56,114 nucleotides of DNA from contig NC_068982.1 of NCBI RefSeq assembly GCF_001194135.2, forward strand, positions 24,247,848 to 24,303,961, written 5' to 3'. The position numbers were made by a program, and so were the translations under genes. Under the pieces are notes generated by a model that ran no database searches, was not told the DNA's origin, and saw only the letters and a program-made list of their open reading frames with translations. This DNA comes from Octopus bimaculoides (Eukaryota). How positions within the stretch are numbered: the first letter of the stretch is position 1; every line of letters starts with the position of its first letter. Shown here piece after piece: positions 40,014 through 52,030 of this stretch.

Positions 40014-40340
40014 NNNNNNNNNNNNNNNNNNNNNNNNNNNNNNNNNNNNNNNNNNNNNNNNNNNNNNNNNNNNNNNNNNNNNNNNNNNNNNNNNNNNNNN
40101 NNNNNNNNNNNNNNNNNNNNNNNNNNNNNNNNNNNNNNNNNNNNNNNNNNNNNNNNNNNNNNNNNNNNNNNNNNNNNNNNNNNNNNNNNNNNNNNNNNNN
40201 NNNNNNNNNNNNNNNNNNNNNNNNNNNNNNNNNNNNNNNNNNNNNNNNNNNNNNNNNNNNNNNNNNNNNNNNNNNNNNNNNNNNNNNNNNNNNNNNNNNN
40301 NNNNNNNNNNNNNNNNNAGAGAGAGAGAGAGAGAGAGAGA

Positions 40341-40470
40341 TATTTTATTTTTATTTATGCACCCTTTTTAATGTCTAACCAGGGTCATGGACCCGGTTTC
40401 CCGGTGTCTATGGTGCATGTGCCCCCCCCCCCAAGTTGGACGGGACGCCGGTCCATCGCAGCGTTACTCA
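40341..40470 (-). mobile_element. SINE family 3, 3' portion
   Basis: Reverse complement TGAGTAACGCTGCGATGGACCGGCGTCCCGTCCAA...GGAAACCGGGTCCATGA...AAAAGGGTGCAT matches 41041-41140. Confidence 0.85.
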
Positions 40471-40534
40471 AGAAACAGGAAGCAAGAGTGACTGAAAGTT
40501 GGGGCGAATACGAAATGACCCTTTAAGAGAACCA

Positions 40535-40750
40535 ACCAACCAACCAGAACGATTTTTGCCCGTATCCACATGGAAGCCAACCAAGCAGAATGACAATCTT
40601 GACCACGGAATAAAAAGCGTCACCAGTATTTTAACAAATCAAAAATCAGATCCACTCGCGGAAAAAAAAATTATGAATTCATCTGATCCCAAAACATACC
40701 ACTACAAGCGAAAGCGTCTATTAGAAGAGGATCAGAGAAACTGTTAACCA
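40535..40750 (+). mobile_element. Possible Penelope-like N-terminal remnant
   Basis: FLPVSTWKPTKQNDNLDHGIKSV resembles the STW.P motif upstream of PLE RTs; short match only. Confidence 0.35.
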
Positions 40751-40905
40751 AATTCCCTTGTTTTTACTATTTTCATTTCACACTTGTGTTTTTTCAGTAT
40801 GACTCGTCGACCACCACTAAAATTAATGATCTTTGTACATACAAACAATTTGATATACAATTTTAATTTTATTGACTGCTATGAACATTCAAACTTACAC
40901 CTTCT

Positions 40906-41154
40906 GCGCGTGGCTTAGCGGTTAGGGTGTCAGTACCATGGTCCTAAGATTTTGGTTTCGATTCCTAGACCGGGCGACGCGTTGTGTTTTTGAGCAAAAC
41001 ACTTCATTTCAGGTTGCTCCAGTTCACTCAGCTGGCAAAAATGAGTAACGCTGCGATGGACTGGCGTTCCGTCCAGCTGGGGAGCACATTCGCCATTGGA
41101 AACCGGGCCCATGAGCCTGGATAGGTTTTAAAAGGGCGCATTTATTTATTTATT

Positions 41155-41157
<3 letters not shown>
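40906..41157 (+). mobile_element. tRNA-derived SINE family 3, full length
   Basis: A box TGGCTTAGCGG, B box GTTTCGATTCC, central TTGAGCAAAACACTT...GCTGCGATGGACTGGCG, (TTTA)n tail. Confidence 0.9.
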
Positions 41158-41185
<28 letters not shown>

Positions 41186-41895
41186 TAATAAATTATAGGG
41201 TGCCCAAAAAATTTTTTAGAAATTTCGTTTACCACCAGTGGTCTAGCGAGAGTAAAAATCAGTCAATAGACTATGTATTATTCATTTAAAATACAGAGAT
41301 GCCTATNNNNNNNNNNNNNNNNNNNNNNNNNNNNNNNNNNNNNNNNNNNNNNNNNNNNNNNNNNNNNNNNNNNNNNNNNNNNNNNNNNNNNNNNNNNNNN
41401 NNNNNNNNNNNNNNNNNNNNNNNNNNNNNNNNNNNNNNNNNNNNNNNNNNNNNNNNNNNNNNNNNNNNNNNNNNNNNNNNNNNNNNNNNNNNNNNNNNNN
41501 NNNNNNNNNNNNNNNNNNNNNNNNNNNNNNNNNNNNNNNNNNNNNNNNNNNNNNNNNNNNNNNNNNNNNNNNNNNNNNNNNNNNNNNNNNNNNNNNNNNN
41601 NNNNNNNNNNNNNNNNNNNNNNNNNNNNNNNNNNNNNNNNNNNNNNNNNNNNNNNNNNNNNNNNNNNNNNNNNNNNNNNNNNNNNNNNNNNNNNNNNNNN
41701 NNNNNNNNNNNNNNNNNNNNNNNNNNNNNNNNNNNNNNNNNNNNNNNNNNNNNNNNNNNNNNNNNNNNNNNNNNNNNNNNNNNNNNNNNNNNNNNNNNNN
41801 NNNNNNNNNNNNNNNNNNNNNNNNNNNNNNNNNNNNNNNNNNNNNNNNNNNNNNNNNNNNNNNNNNNNNNNNNNNNNNNNNNNNNNNNNNNNNNN

Positions 41896-41931
<36 letters not shown>

Positions 41932-42227
41932 AACAACTGTCAGGAAAAATATTGGTTTCTTTGGCCGGAGTTTGTGAAGTTTTCTGTTTCAAAAGATGAT
42001 CTGAAAAACATGATTTTATATTCACGTTAATTGGCAAGGAATCTGAGGTATTCGAATAAAATACAAATGTTAAGGAGCGGAGTAGATAATATTCAGGCTA
42101 TATATGTTTGATAATGTGTGAAAACTCGGAAGTGGTACATATCCCAAATGAGGTGTATAGCGCGGGCTACTTTGATTAAATGAAATTTGCATAGTCGTAA
42201 GGAGGTACATGTCAACGAACGGAAAAT

Positions 42228-42377
42228 TCGATCAGAATGAGTAGAGACCACCGTAAGAGTGAAGTATATAAATGTAAGAGAAATTTGGAATATGTGAGTG
42301 CAGAATATACTATAAAGAGAAAATTTTCTCTTCACAATATATTCTCCACTAACCGTACTACTACACATTCTGATCGA
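42228..42377. repeat. Nested imperfect inverted repeat (fold-back)
   Basis: Outer arms tcgatcagaatgagtag / ctacacattctgatcga (16/17); inner loopless palindrome 42297-42350 (27-nt arms, 4 mismatches). Confidence 0.8.
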
Positions 42378-43882
42378 GTCTTCTATGTGGAGACATTTGT
42401 TTTGTGTGTATACATNNNNNNNNNNNNNNNNNNNNNNNNNNNNNNNNNNNNNNNNNNNNNNNNNNNNNNNNNNNNNNNNNNNNNNNNNNNNNNNNNNNNN
42501 NNNNNNNNNNNNNNNNNNNNNNNNNNNNNNNNNNNNNNNNNNNNNNNNNNNNNNNNNNNNNNNNNNNNNNNNNNNNNNNNNNNNNNNNNNNNNNNNNNNN
42601 NNNNNNNNNNNNNNNNNNNNNNNNNNNNNNNNNNNNNNNNNNNNNNNNNNNNNNNNNNNNNNNNNNNNNNNNNNNNNNNNNNNNNNNNNNNNNNNNNNNN
42701 NNNNNNNNNNNNNNNNNNNNNNNNNNNNNNNNNNNNNNNNNNNNNNNNNNNNNNNNNNNNNNNNNNNNNNNNNNNNNNNNNNNNNNNNNNNNNNNNNNNN
42801 NNNNNNNNNNNNNNNNNNNNNNNNNNNNNNNNNNNNNNNNNNNNNNNNNNNNNNNNNNNNNNNNNNNNNNNNNNNNNNNNNNNNNNNNNNNNNNNNNNNN
42901 NNNNNNNNNNNNNNNNNNNNNNNNNNNNNNNNNNNNNNNNNNNNNNNNNNNNNNNNNNNNNNNNNNNNNNNNNNNNNNNNNNNNNNNNNNNNNNNNNNNN
43001 NNNNNNNNNNNNNNNNNNNNNNNNNNNNNNNNNNNNNNNNNNNNNNNNNNNNNNNNNNNNNNNNNNNNNNNNNNNNNNNNNNNNNNNNNNNNTATATATA
43101 TATATATATATATATGCATACATAATGTGCGTTAAACCACTTTGCATAATTTATAAATTCACATTACGTTTGTCTGAAATGTCAGAAAGATTAAGCTATA
43201 TCGAATACGTGTTGCTATAACAACATTACGAATCATATCACACGTGTTAACAATTAATGGGGAGATTTGTGCCAGCAAATAGAATTTTATAGATCAATGT
43301 CAACGATAGAAAAATATCTAAATAAATTTCATTCAGCAGGTGATCAACTTTGTATCTCAGAATGGAACAATTGAAAGGATAACGTACACGTATGCCAATA
43401 TATCATTTGAAGTGTTAAAATTACATTTCGGAAAATATATTTTAGATATTTAAGAATACCGAAAAGTCTGGTATATCCACATTTGTTTTACTTATCTTCG
43501 TATTTTGTATTTTGTTTTTATAGAACATTGCCTTACAAACCATGATAATTTTGATTCTACGTCAGAGGCTACCTTAAATAATGTAGTAAAATTGAGAATA
43601 AACATGCACCGGAAAATAACAAACTTTAACATAACTTATTCTTGCGTGATATATTAAAGGAGAAATGAATGTTCCACTATATAGAATTGCAAGCTTCATC
43701 ACGTTATCTCAGATCGTGCACCTTATCTGCGACGTTCAATCCAAATTAAACGATGGTAGTAGCGTGCACTACCGACATAGTGATTTTAACAATAATGCTG
43801 GAGACTAACTCGATTGGAAATTATTTTTCCCTCTAGGTCACATATGTATTTATGATATATGTATCGTTTACCCATATATCTC

Positions 43883-43914
<32 letters not shown>

Positions 43915-43935
43915 ATCTCTCTTCTTAATACACAC

Positions 43936-43966
<31 letters not shown>

Positions 43967-44003
43967 CACGTATAATTATATATATATAACAACATTTTAT
44001 ATA

Positions 44004-44061
44004 GAGTTACCTAAAGTTTCGCACCGACAAAGCCAAGCCTTGTGGACAGCTCGTCAGACTC
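44004..44061 (-). ncRNA. Type I hammerhead ribozyme motif with intact core
   Basis: Minus strand GAGU-CUGACGA-[stem II GCUGUCCACAAGGCUUGGCUUUGUCGGUGC]-GAA-ACUUUAGGU-A-ACUC. Stem I GAGU/ACUC; predicted cleavage after GUA, between 44008 and 44007. Confidence 0.72.
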
Positions 44062-44062
44062 A

Positions 44063-44097
<35 letters not shown>

Positions 44098-44769
44098 TTT
44101 TTTCTCTCTCTCTCTCTTTTTTTTCTCTCTCTCTCTCTTTTTTTNNNNNNNNNNNNNNNNNNNNNNNNNNNNNNNNNNNNNNNNNNNNNNNNNNNNNNNN
44201 NNNNNNNNNNNNNNNNNNNNNNNNNNNNNNNNNNNNNNNNNNNNNNNNNNNNNNNNNNNNNNNNNNNNNNNNNNNNNNNNNNNNNNNNNNNNNNNNNNNN
44301 NNNNNNNNNNNNNNNNNNNNNNNNNNNNNNNNNNNNNNNNNNNNNNNNNNNNNNNNNNNNNNNNNNNNNNNNNNNNNNNNNNNNNNNNNNNNNNNNNNNN
44401 NNNNNNNNNNNNNNNNNNNNNNNNNNNNNNNNNNNNNNNNNNNNNNNNNNNNNNNNNNNNNNNNNNNNNNNNNNNNNNNNNNNNNNNNNNNNNNNNNNNN
44501 NNNNNNNNNNNNNNNNNNNNNNNNNNNNNNNNNNNNNNNNNNNNNNNNNNNNNNNNNNNNNNNNNNNNNNNNNNNNNNNNNNNNNNNNNNNNNNNNNNNN
44601 NNNNNNNNNNNNNNNNNNNNNNNNNNNNNNNNNNNNNNNNNNNNNNNNNNNNNNNNNNNNNNNNNNNNNNNNNNNNNNNNNNNNNNNNNNNNNNNNNNNN
44701 NNNNNNNNNNNNNNNNNNNNNNNNNNNNNNNNNTATATATCAAATAAGAATGTTCCTTCATGAGCCATA

Positions 44770-45810
44770 GACACATACGGTCGGTTTTCTTGATTCCGTG
44801 CCATACATGTTGTACCCTTTTTGCCCGACCGTACTCCGGTTCATTTCAGGAGTACTCATCTTTGACTGCTGTGTCAAATTTCATCTCCTGGGCAGAGCTA
44901 CAGTCCTAAGTGAAGAAAAGACCGAGAATGTGCGCCTGGCACCTAGAATGTCGTCACGCGCTCTACCAGTCGGACAATGGGATCGGTGGATACTCCGCTT
45001 CAGAAATTTAGAGAGGAATAGTGGTGTAGATGTGCGAGGACATCTTAAGGGCGACAATGGGCACCGACGAAAACGAACTGGCTAGCCTGTTATCATGGCT
45101 AATTTCCAGATAGCCTTGGCCCCCCGCAGTGCAACTGGAGGGCGCTACCGGTTCGAGATAAACTCTACAGGCACGGATGTGCTCTTATTCGGGCTTGTCC
45201 GAGGTACACACAAAACAACGAAACCTTTCTGCACGCACTCGTTCAGAGTCCGGGCATTGCTGACTTGTGGGTTATGTCAAACAGCTGATGTCACGTGTGA
45301 GAGAGATCTGTCTGTCGGCCAAGTCTGTAGTGAAGATGGCAGCACCGTTCTCCTTCAATCGGGCAGGCAAGACAGTTTTCATTTGGCGTGGCGAATGTTG
45401 TTGTTTGGTAGACAAGGCTGAAAGGCATGAGGACAAACATATTCCCTTTTGGTAGAGCTCTCTTCAAGTTTCACTTGACAAGGAAACTGGGAGTGGAGAG
45501 AAGAAGAACTGTCCACGAATAAGTTTATTGAAAGGTAGGTGAAAGTTCGAAAATGGCAAAAGTGGGTGGTAGTTCTCTTAGTGTAGACCTGTGAGTTGGA
45601 GAAGAAGGAATTGGAGAGGGCACTTGCTCTTGGTGTTCAGGGAAATCTCTGTCGGTGGGGGTTTCTCGATTATCACTAGAGATCCTCTTGTATCAGGAGG
45701 GTTACATCTCTCATCCTCCCCTACGTTACTTTTTAAACTTTTGTATACTATATGCCCCTAATGTTTCAGTGTACACAGTGTATACTTGCCCTTTTTTATC
45801 ATTTCATCTG
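44770..45810 (+). mobile_element. Tx1/L1-clade LINE, ORF2 C-terminus (zf-RVT-like region) and 3' UTR
   Basis: AWHLECRHAL; QCNWRALPVRDKLYRHG...ACPR...ETFLHALVQ.P; SAKSVVK...FNRAGK.VF; FKFHL.RK..VER. Frameshifted. Confidence 0.85.
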
Positions 45811-46764
45811 TATATATAAAAAGCAGGATGTGTGTGTGCGTGTGTACGTGAATATAATTTATGCGCGTCCACAAATTTGCACGCATGTCGCTCCAATTTT
45901 AGGAGGACATTCATCATGACCCTATCTGCATTTTCGTCAACTGTTTTTCTCGCAGAGGCACCCGCGTATAGCTATAAAAATCGATTTTCAAACATAACCT
46001 TTACCAATTTTGAAGTTTGCTAACATGGTGAACTGAAAGTATGTGTGTAAGGTAGAGAGACAAATTGTGTGTGTGAGAGATAGAGATTGTTTGCCATCGT
46101 CTAACAAAAAAAGTAAAGAAAAATTGGAAGAGGGAGACAGAAAGCGTCTAACAAAAGAAAAGGTAGGTAAGAAAGACAGAGTAAGTGTCAGCGTAAAATG
46201 CCTTTTTCTTTGTTAAACATGAGATATAGTTTCAAATATCGTTTGTTTTTGAAAGACGCTATATTTTATAATGAGATTATATATACTTTCTCACACAACT
46301 ATCAAAATATATTTATTTTAAATCATTTATTTATTTTAAATCGTTCATCTTTCTACCCCTCTCACTCTCACAAACACACACACACACATACTACTTTGGG
46401 AGCGAAAGAGTTCTGTCTATATTTCACGCCGAAGAAAAAAGTTTATTAACAATCCATTTATTTAACAACAATGAAACAAAGAGGTATGTAACAATTTGTC
46501 AGTGAATTACACAATATAAATGGGTAAAATGTGATCTTACGATACCAGTGCCAGAGCTGTCACTTAACCCACGCGTGTTTATTTACATCACATCGGCCTT
46601 TTCCGTAAAAAGTGTTGGAGAGAAAGAGGGAAACGACGTCGTAAAAGCGAAAGAGATAGAGAGAGCGCTAATACTCCTAGTTACTTATAACTCCCTCCTC
46701 CTTTCAACGGTTTTAATGTCTGACCATGTGGTAATTGGGTGCCATCGGTATTGACAACCTGTCC

Positions 46765-47398
46765 GCTTCTCATGAATTATGTTGCACATTTATCTATATC
46801 AAATTCTGAGTTTATGTCTTTGCCGAAGTGCCTTACAGTTTGTATTAAGGAATCTATATTTCATTCTTACTAAAAAGCTTCAGATCATCCATTTAGAGGT
46901 AACTGTTAATTTTTCCCTTACCATTTCTGAACTGATACCCTGCTTATGCATTCCTTAATACTAAAGTGAGTGTGATCGAACGTATGACAAATATCAGAGG
47001 GGATAACGAATTGCCCTAGAAAATTACTTTTTGATATTAACTTTGTCTAAGAGTGTTCCACCTAACTATATATCTATCTTGCATTTCTTCATGTTAAGGC
47101 TAATTAATTTTCTTCTGATGTCTGCTATAATCTGTATACTCAGACATTCATAAATCCATTAATTAAGAATCATGTCATACACTTTACTATAATCTATCCA
47201 TCCTATTGTTTGATTCTTCTTTCTAACTTTTACTTCTTTTAGAACTGCTTTGTCGATCTATAATAGATCATGCGTTCCTCTAGCCTTCTTCCTGCAACCT
47301 TTCTGTTGTTTTGGCAGTAAATTCAGGTTTTCAATGTGCTCGTACACGTTTTCTGAAAACTACTAAATTACTTCAGCCAGTACCCTTGAACTAAATCT

Positions 47399-47400
<2 letters not shown>
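46765..47400 (-). mobile_element. R4/Dong-type RT fragment
   Basis: LLPKQQKGCRKKARGTHDLL; WIDYSKVYDM; GNSLSPLIFV; MDDLKLFSKNE..IDSLIQTV. Confidence 0.88.

Positions 47401-47487
<87 letters not shown>
47401..47487 (+). repeat. (TC)n microsatellite
   Basis: Seen directly. Confidence 0.97.
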
Positions 47488-47516
47488 TGGTTGGTTTTGT
47501 TACAGATTCCGTATTT

Positions 47517-48192
47517 CAGCGTTTACTTTTTTGACTCAACACCACCCATGGATGTGTGTTGATGTTTCTTTCGTAGTTATAATTATTATTGATGTATCAG
47601 CGAGAGACAAAGAAAACAGCAATGTGCATATATAGAAATGTTGCATAAATATGGATGTATATGGAATTAAAATTTAAAGTTTAAAACTTTTAAAAAATTA
47701 CTCACAATTCTGCAGTTTTCGTATAGAAACATGTCAGAGTTTACCTGTTTATGCACATGTTGCTGTCTAAAGGAAGGCTATTGTTTGTTTGTGTATAATC
47801 TATATAAGAAAGAATTTTTCAGTTTCCTTAGATGGCTTACATTACGCCAGTTTTCTTTCATTATTTTTGCGGATTCTTTATCCCTTTTTCGTGATGGTTT
47901 CAGATTTGATCTATTTTCCCAGCAGCTTGCTGGCTCACGTCCATGCTGTTTGGTATTCGCTGCGGTATTCTCTTACAGCGTTTACTTTTTCAACTGTACA
48001 CCTCCCGTAGACAGATGTTAATATTTCTTTCGCAGTTATAATTAATATCGATGTATCAGTAAGAGACCGGAAAGAAGCAGCAATGCGCATATATAGAGAG
48101 CTCTTTGTATAAATATGGCAGCATATGTAATTAAACTTTAAACTTTAAAATTTAATATATTACTCAATGGTTTACAGTTGTCATATAAATGT
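47517..48192. repeat. Diverged direct duplication, offset ~459 bp
   Basis: cagcgtttactttt at 47517/47976, followed by tttctttcg.agttataatta...gatgtatcag..agagac...cagcaatg.gcatatatag in both copies. Confidence 0.9.
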
Positions 48193-48196
48193 ATTG

Positions 48197-48399
<203 letters not shown>

Positions 48400-48400
<1 letters not shown>

Positions 48401-48768
48401 ATTTTTTTCCATTCGTTCCCAAACGTCTTCTTGACGCTTAGGGAAGAAAGATTCACCTTATACATTGGTAGGCCATCAAAATAAACACTCCAAATTGTTC
48501 ATTTACAAAGTCATGTGATGGAGAAAAAGGAAAAAATATGTTGTGCTTTACGAAGTTTGAAATCAACAGGAGAAATTTTGAAAATGTTCGGCGTTTTCAA
48601 GATCCGTGAATGCAGAACTGAGACTTCTGCGCTTGTTATGACAGTTCTCAAGGATCATGCGATGGATTAAAAGTTGTTCTTTGCGACCATGTGAGGCTCG
48701 TCGGCAACCTTTTTGTTCATTGGAAGAAATATCGTTCTGTTCCATAAATTTGTGTTCTCTCAACCAGG
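48400..48768 (-). mobile_element. R4/Dong-type fragment (RT segment joined to a probable 3' end) with (TAA)n tail
   Basis: FMEQNDISSNEQKGCRRASHGRKEQLLIHRMILENCHNKRRSLS; minus strand runs into (ATA)n. Confidence 0.8.
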
Positions 48769-49690
48769 ATTGTTTGTTCCGAATCAGCATTACAATTCCA
48801 CTTCATTCAGATCGACCAGAGTTGACATAAATTTCATGGTCACCCAGAAAGAATGTGAGTCAATGTGTTTCGGAAATCTTTGTCTCGCTAATGGCTACTG
48901 CATCTAGATGTAGTGACCTAAGATCGATGAGTAAGTGATCTTATTTCTACACTGTTCCAAACCACGAACATTTACACAACCTATTCTTACAATTGCCATG
49001 CTAGGAGGAGAAGAAGCAAAAGTTGGAGTTAATCACTTTCCATAGTCTTCAATTCATAGTCTTGACTTCATACTTTTACAGAACCTTTTGTACAAGCTTT
49101 CCAAGATCTGATTGTCAAATAAATTTTTGTAACCTACTTCAACATGTAAGAAATGTTTCCTCAAAATACGACACCTTGTGAAAGTTGTTTTTCCCGGAAT
49201 CTTTCTTCTAAAGTTTTGGAACTTGGGACGCGAACGAGACACTCGGCCGTTGCTAGAATTTTATCTATATTAGAATGCACAAAAACAATCAAATCCTTGT
49301 TTTCATTTCAGAGAACTGTGTACTTGAGATGCTTGTCTGTGACATGGTGCGCTCAGTTTACCTTCTCTTGCGGTTGATGTGGTCGTTTTAGTGTTGTTTG
49401 CTTTTGTTTTTGACATTTTGTTGTTGATTCTGTTGCGTTAGTTACTGATGCTGAGAACGTATCATCGTATATCTCTTGTTTGTTGCTGTTGCTATTGTAG
49501 CAGTTGCTGGAATTGCTGGTCCTGTCATTTTGGTTACGACTGGGCGCATCATTTTCAAGGTTACTTCAGCTTGGTGACCACAGACGTTGAGATTTAGGGA
49601 TTATGTCTGTAGTCTCACACGCCTTTGCTTTCTGTCTTTTGGAGGGGTTCCAAAATTATAACCCATACGTGAGCTTTTGTCTCGTCCGTG
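48769..49690 (-). mobile_element. Tx1/L1-type 5' fragment: probable ORF1 remnant and start of the ORF2 AP endonuclease
   Basis: ATG at 48999: MAIVRIGCVNVRGL, then after a frameshift HLLIDLRSLHLDAVAISETK...SGIVMLIRNK (NVRGL and ETK motifs). The ORF1 assignment of the upstream part is weak. Confidence 0.7.
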
Positions 49691-49699
49691 GATATTGTT

Positions 49700-49745
49700 G
49701 CTGCTACTACTACTACTATTACTCATGATAATAATAATAATAAAA

Positions 49746-49830
<85 letters not shown>

Positions 49831-49878
49831 TGGAGACGTCAGGTGTATATGTAGAGTATGCAAGTGATAACGATTATA

Positions 49879-49927
<49 letters not shown>

Positions 49928-49960
49928 CGAAGACGACAACGACAAAGAGGACGAGGGGGC
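49700..49960 (+). repeat. Compound microsatellite (CTA)n-(ATA)n...(GAT)n-(GAC)
   Basis: Seen directly. Confidence 0.96.
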
Positions 49961-51952
49961 AACGACGACTATGACCACGATGAAGAAAGAAGCAATTTCG
50001 AAGAGGAAGGAGAAATATCAAATAACACACATCAATTTTGTTTCTACGTTTTCGTCTGTCCAAAGAAAGCCATAAGAGGAAGAGGAATGGGGAGAAAACT
50101 GCAAAATTACAAAAGTAGATTAGCAGAGCCAGCACCAATATCAATACATTTACTAGACACAAACAACACCACCAACAACCTAATTGCTCTGTTCACGTCA
50201 TTATATGTGAGAAGTAGTAAATAAAGCAAATGAAGAACACCAGAAAAAATAACAACAACACGTGAACAAATCTAAGCAAGATAGATTGAAAGAGAAACGC
50301 GTTTCGTCAAACGTCGAAAACAATTATGTTTTGTAGCGACTCTGATGTTGACACAAAACTGTTGAGTGGTTCCAGTTTTAATGATGATTATGTCACTGCT
50401 AAACGACTATGTTCCGGAAACCATTATTCTTTATGGATTCTTTCAGAATAAGTAGAAAATAAAGGAAAAAATTGAAGAACATAAACATAAATTAGCCAGA
50501 AATAAAGAATGATCGAACTGAACACGAAAACAACAAGGTATATTTGCGGAAATTCTCTTGTGCATCAAAGCTGTGTAAACTTTAGCAATAATGTTTTACT
50601 AAATAAACAATACATATTACAAAATGGCTTATTCTGACAATCTATCTTGAATAATGAGAGAGGAAGAAAAGAAAACTGTGCTGAAGATTCTAATGTTGTA
50701 ATTAAGGCGTCAATACAGAAAACGCAGGAACTACAAGTGAGATAAATTAGTAGATAATAACTATTCCATACCTATTAAAATACCTCCTTCATTCACCACC
50801 CAATTCAGAAAAATTCTCCTAGGAACTTTAACGTTGAAGTTTCAAAATTTAATATAAAAAGAGGATAATTTCTAGTCTTTATAGTTTTTCCAACGATGAT
50901 TATTATTATTAAAAAAAAGCATGATTTGAATTTAAAATCTAATGCTTTTATTTGAAAGGCCTCCTATAAAAAATATATCATAAATGTGCTTTTACAATGG
51001 CGTGGGCAAGCTGGGACAATTTAATAATCTAAGATGGTTAAATTACTTCATTTTTAATTTGAGAAAAACTACATAGCATATTTTCATGCGTTTAGATTGC
51101 AAGAAATACACATTAAATATAATACTTTGGATATATTTACAAACTCAAGGACGTTATGTCAGATGTAAAAAATGATCTGTTATACGGTGCAAGTACACTG
51201 AAATCCTGATAACACGTGTACCGATGTCTGTTAAAATATCAGCGACATTATCTCTTATTGTAGATCTCTACGATTGTTAGAAAACATAGGAAGTATAAAG
51301 TAAACACGAAAGAGCTATTCCTAGAGTTACACCAAGGAAAATTTCCCGAAACAAATTTATGAAAAATATTTTAACTAGATCATTCAGTCAAGCTTTTCAG
51401 CGCGATAATGCATAATATTACTGATTTTGTTATACCATTAATAAGATGATTTTAGGCGAGCCCCTTATCCAATTCGTTCTTAAATAATTCCTTCTTTTTA
51501 CGGAAATGGAAGGGTGTCAGTTGCTACTTATTTGACTGCTATTTCTAGCAGTTTCAAGCGATTTGGTTGAGTCTTCCATGGTGTCCTGCATATTTTAATT
51601 TTGGACACAATATACCTAGTTTAATTCATGTGCAAAAAGATTATATCTAATCACTTTAGAATATGAAGACTGGGGAAAACATATAAGTGCGAACACGGCA
51701 AAGTAAAAAGGATTATGCATCAGTTGAGATCAGGAAGCGCTTGCTTAAAGTTGATAATCCTACACGATATGTTTACCCTATATGTTTAAGAGAATAGAAA
51801 GGTTATAAACCTGCACTATCGTATCCCTAATACTTCGCTGCAATATAATAAAATATTAATTATATATAGAAAATATTATTCTTTCTACTCGTGATTTAAA
51901 ACAGTATTATTTTCCGTAACGTCAGTAAAACATTTATAGAATCGTATTTCTT

Positions 51953-52030
<78 letters not shown>

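Noticed and set aside
40906-40980. tRNA-like sequence (also 6210, 14988, 52031)
   Set aside because: A/B boxes continue into SINE bodies and no complete cloverleaf is evident; 14988-15030 is only a B-box-like remnant.
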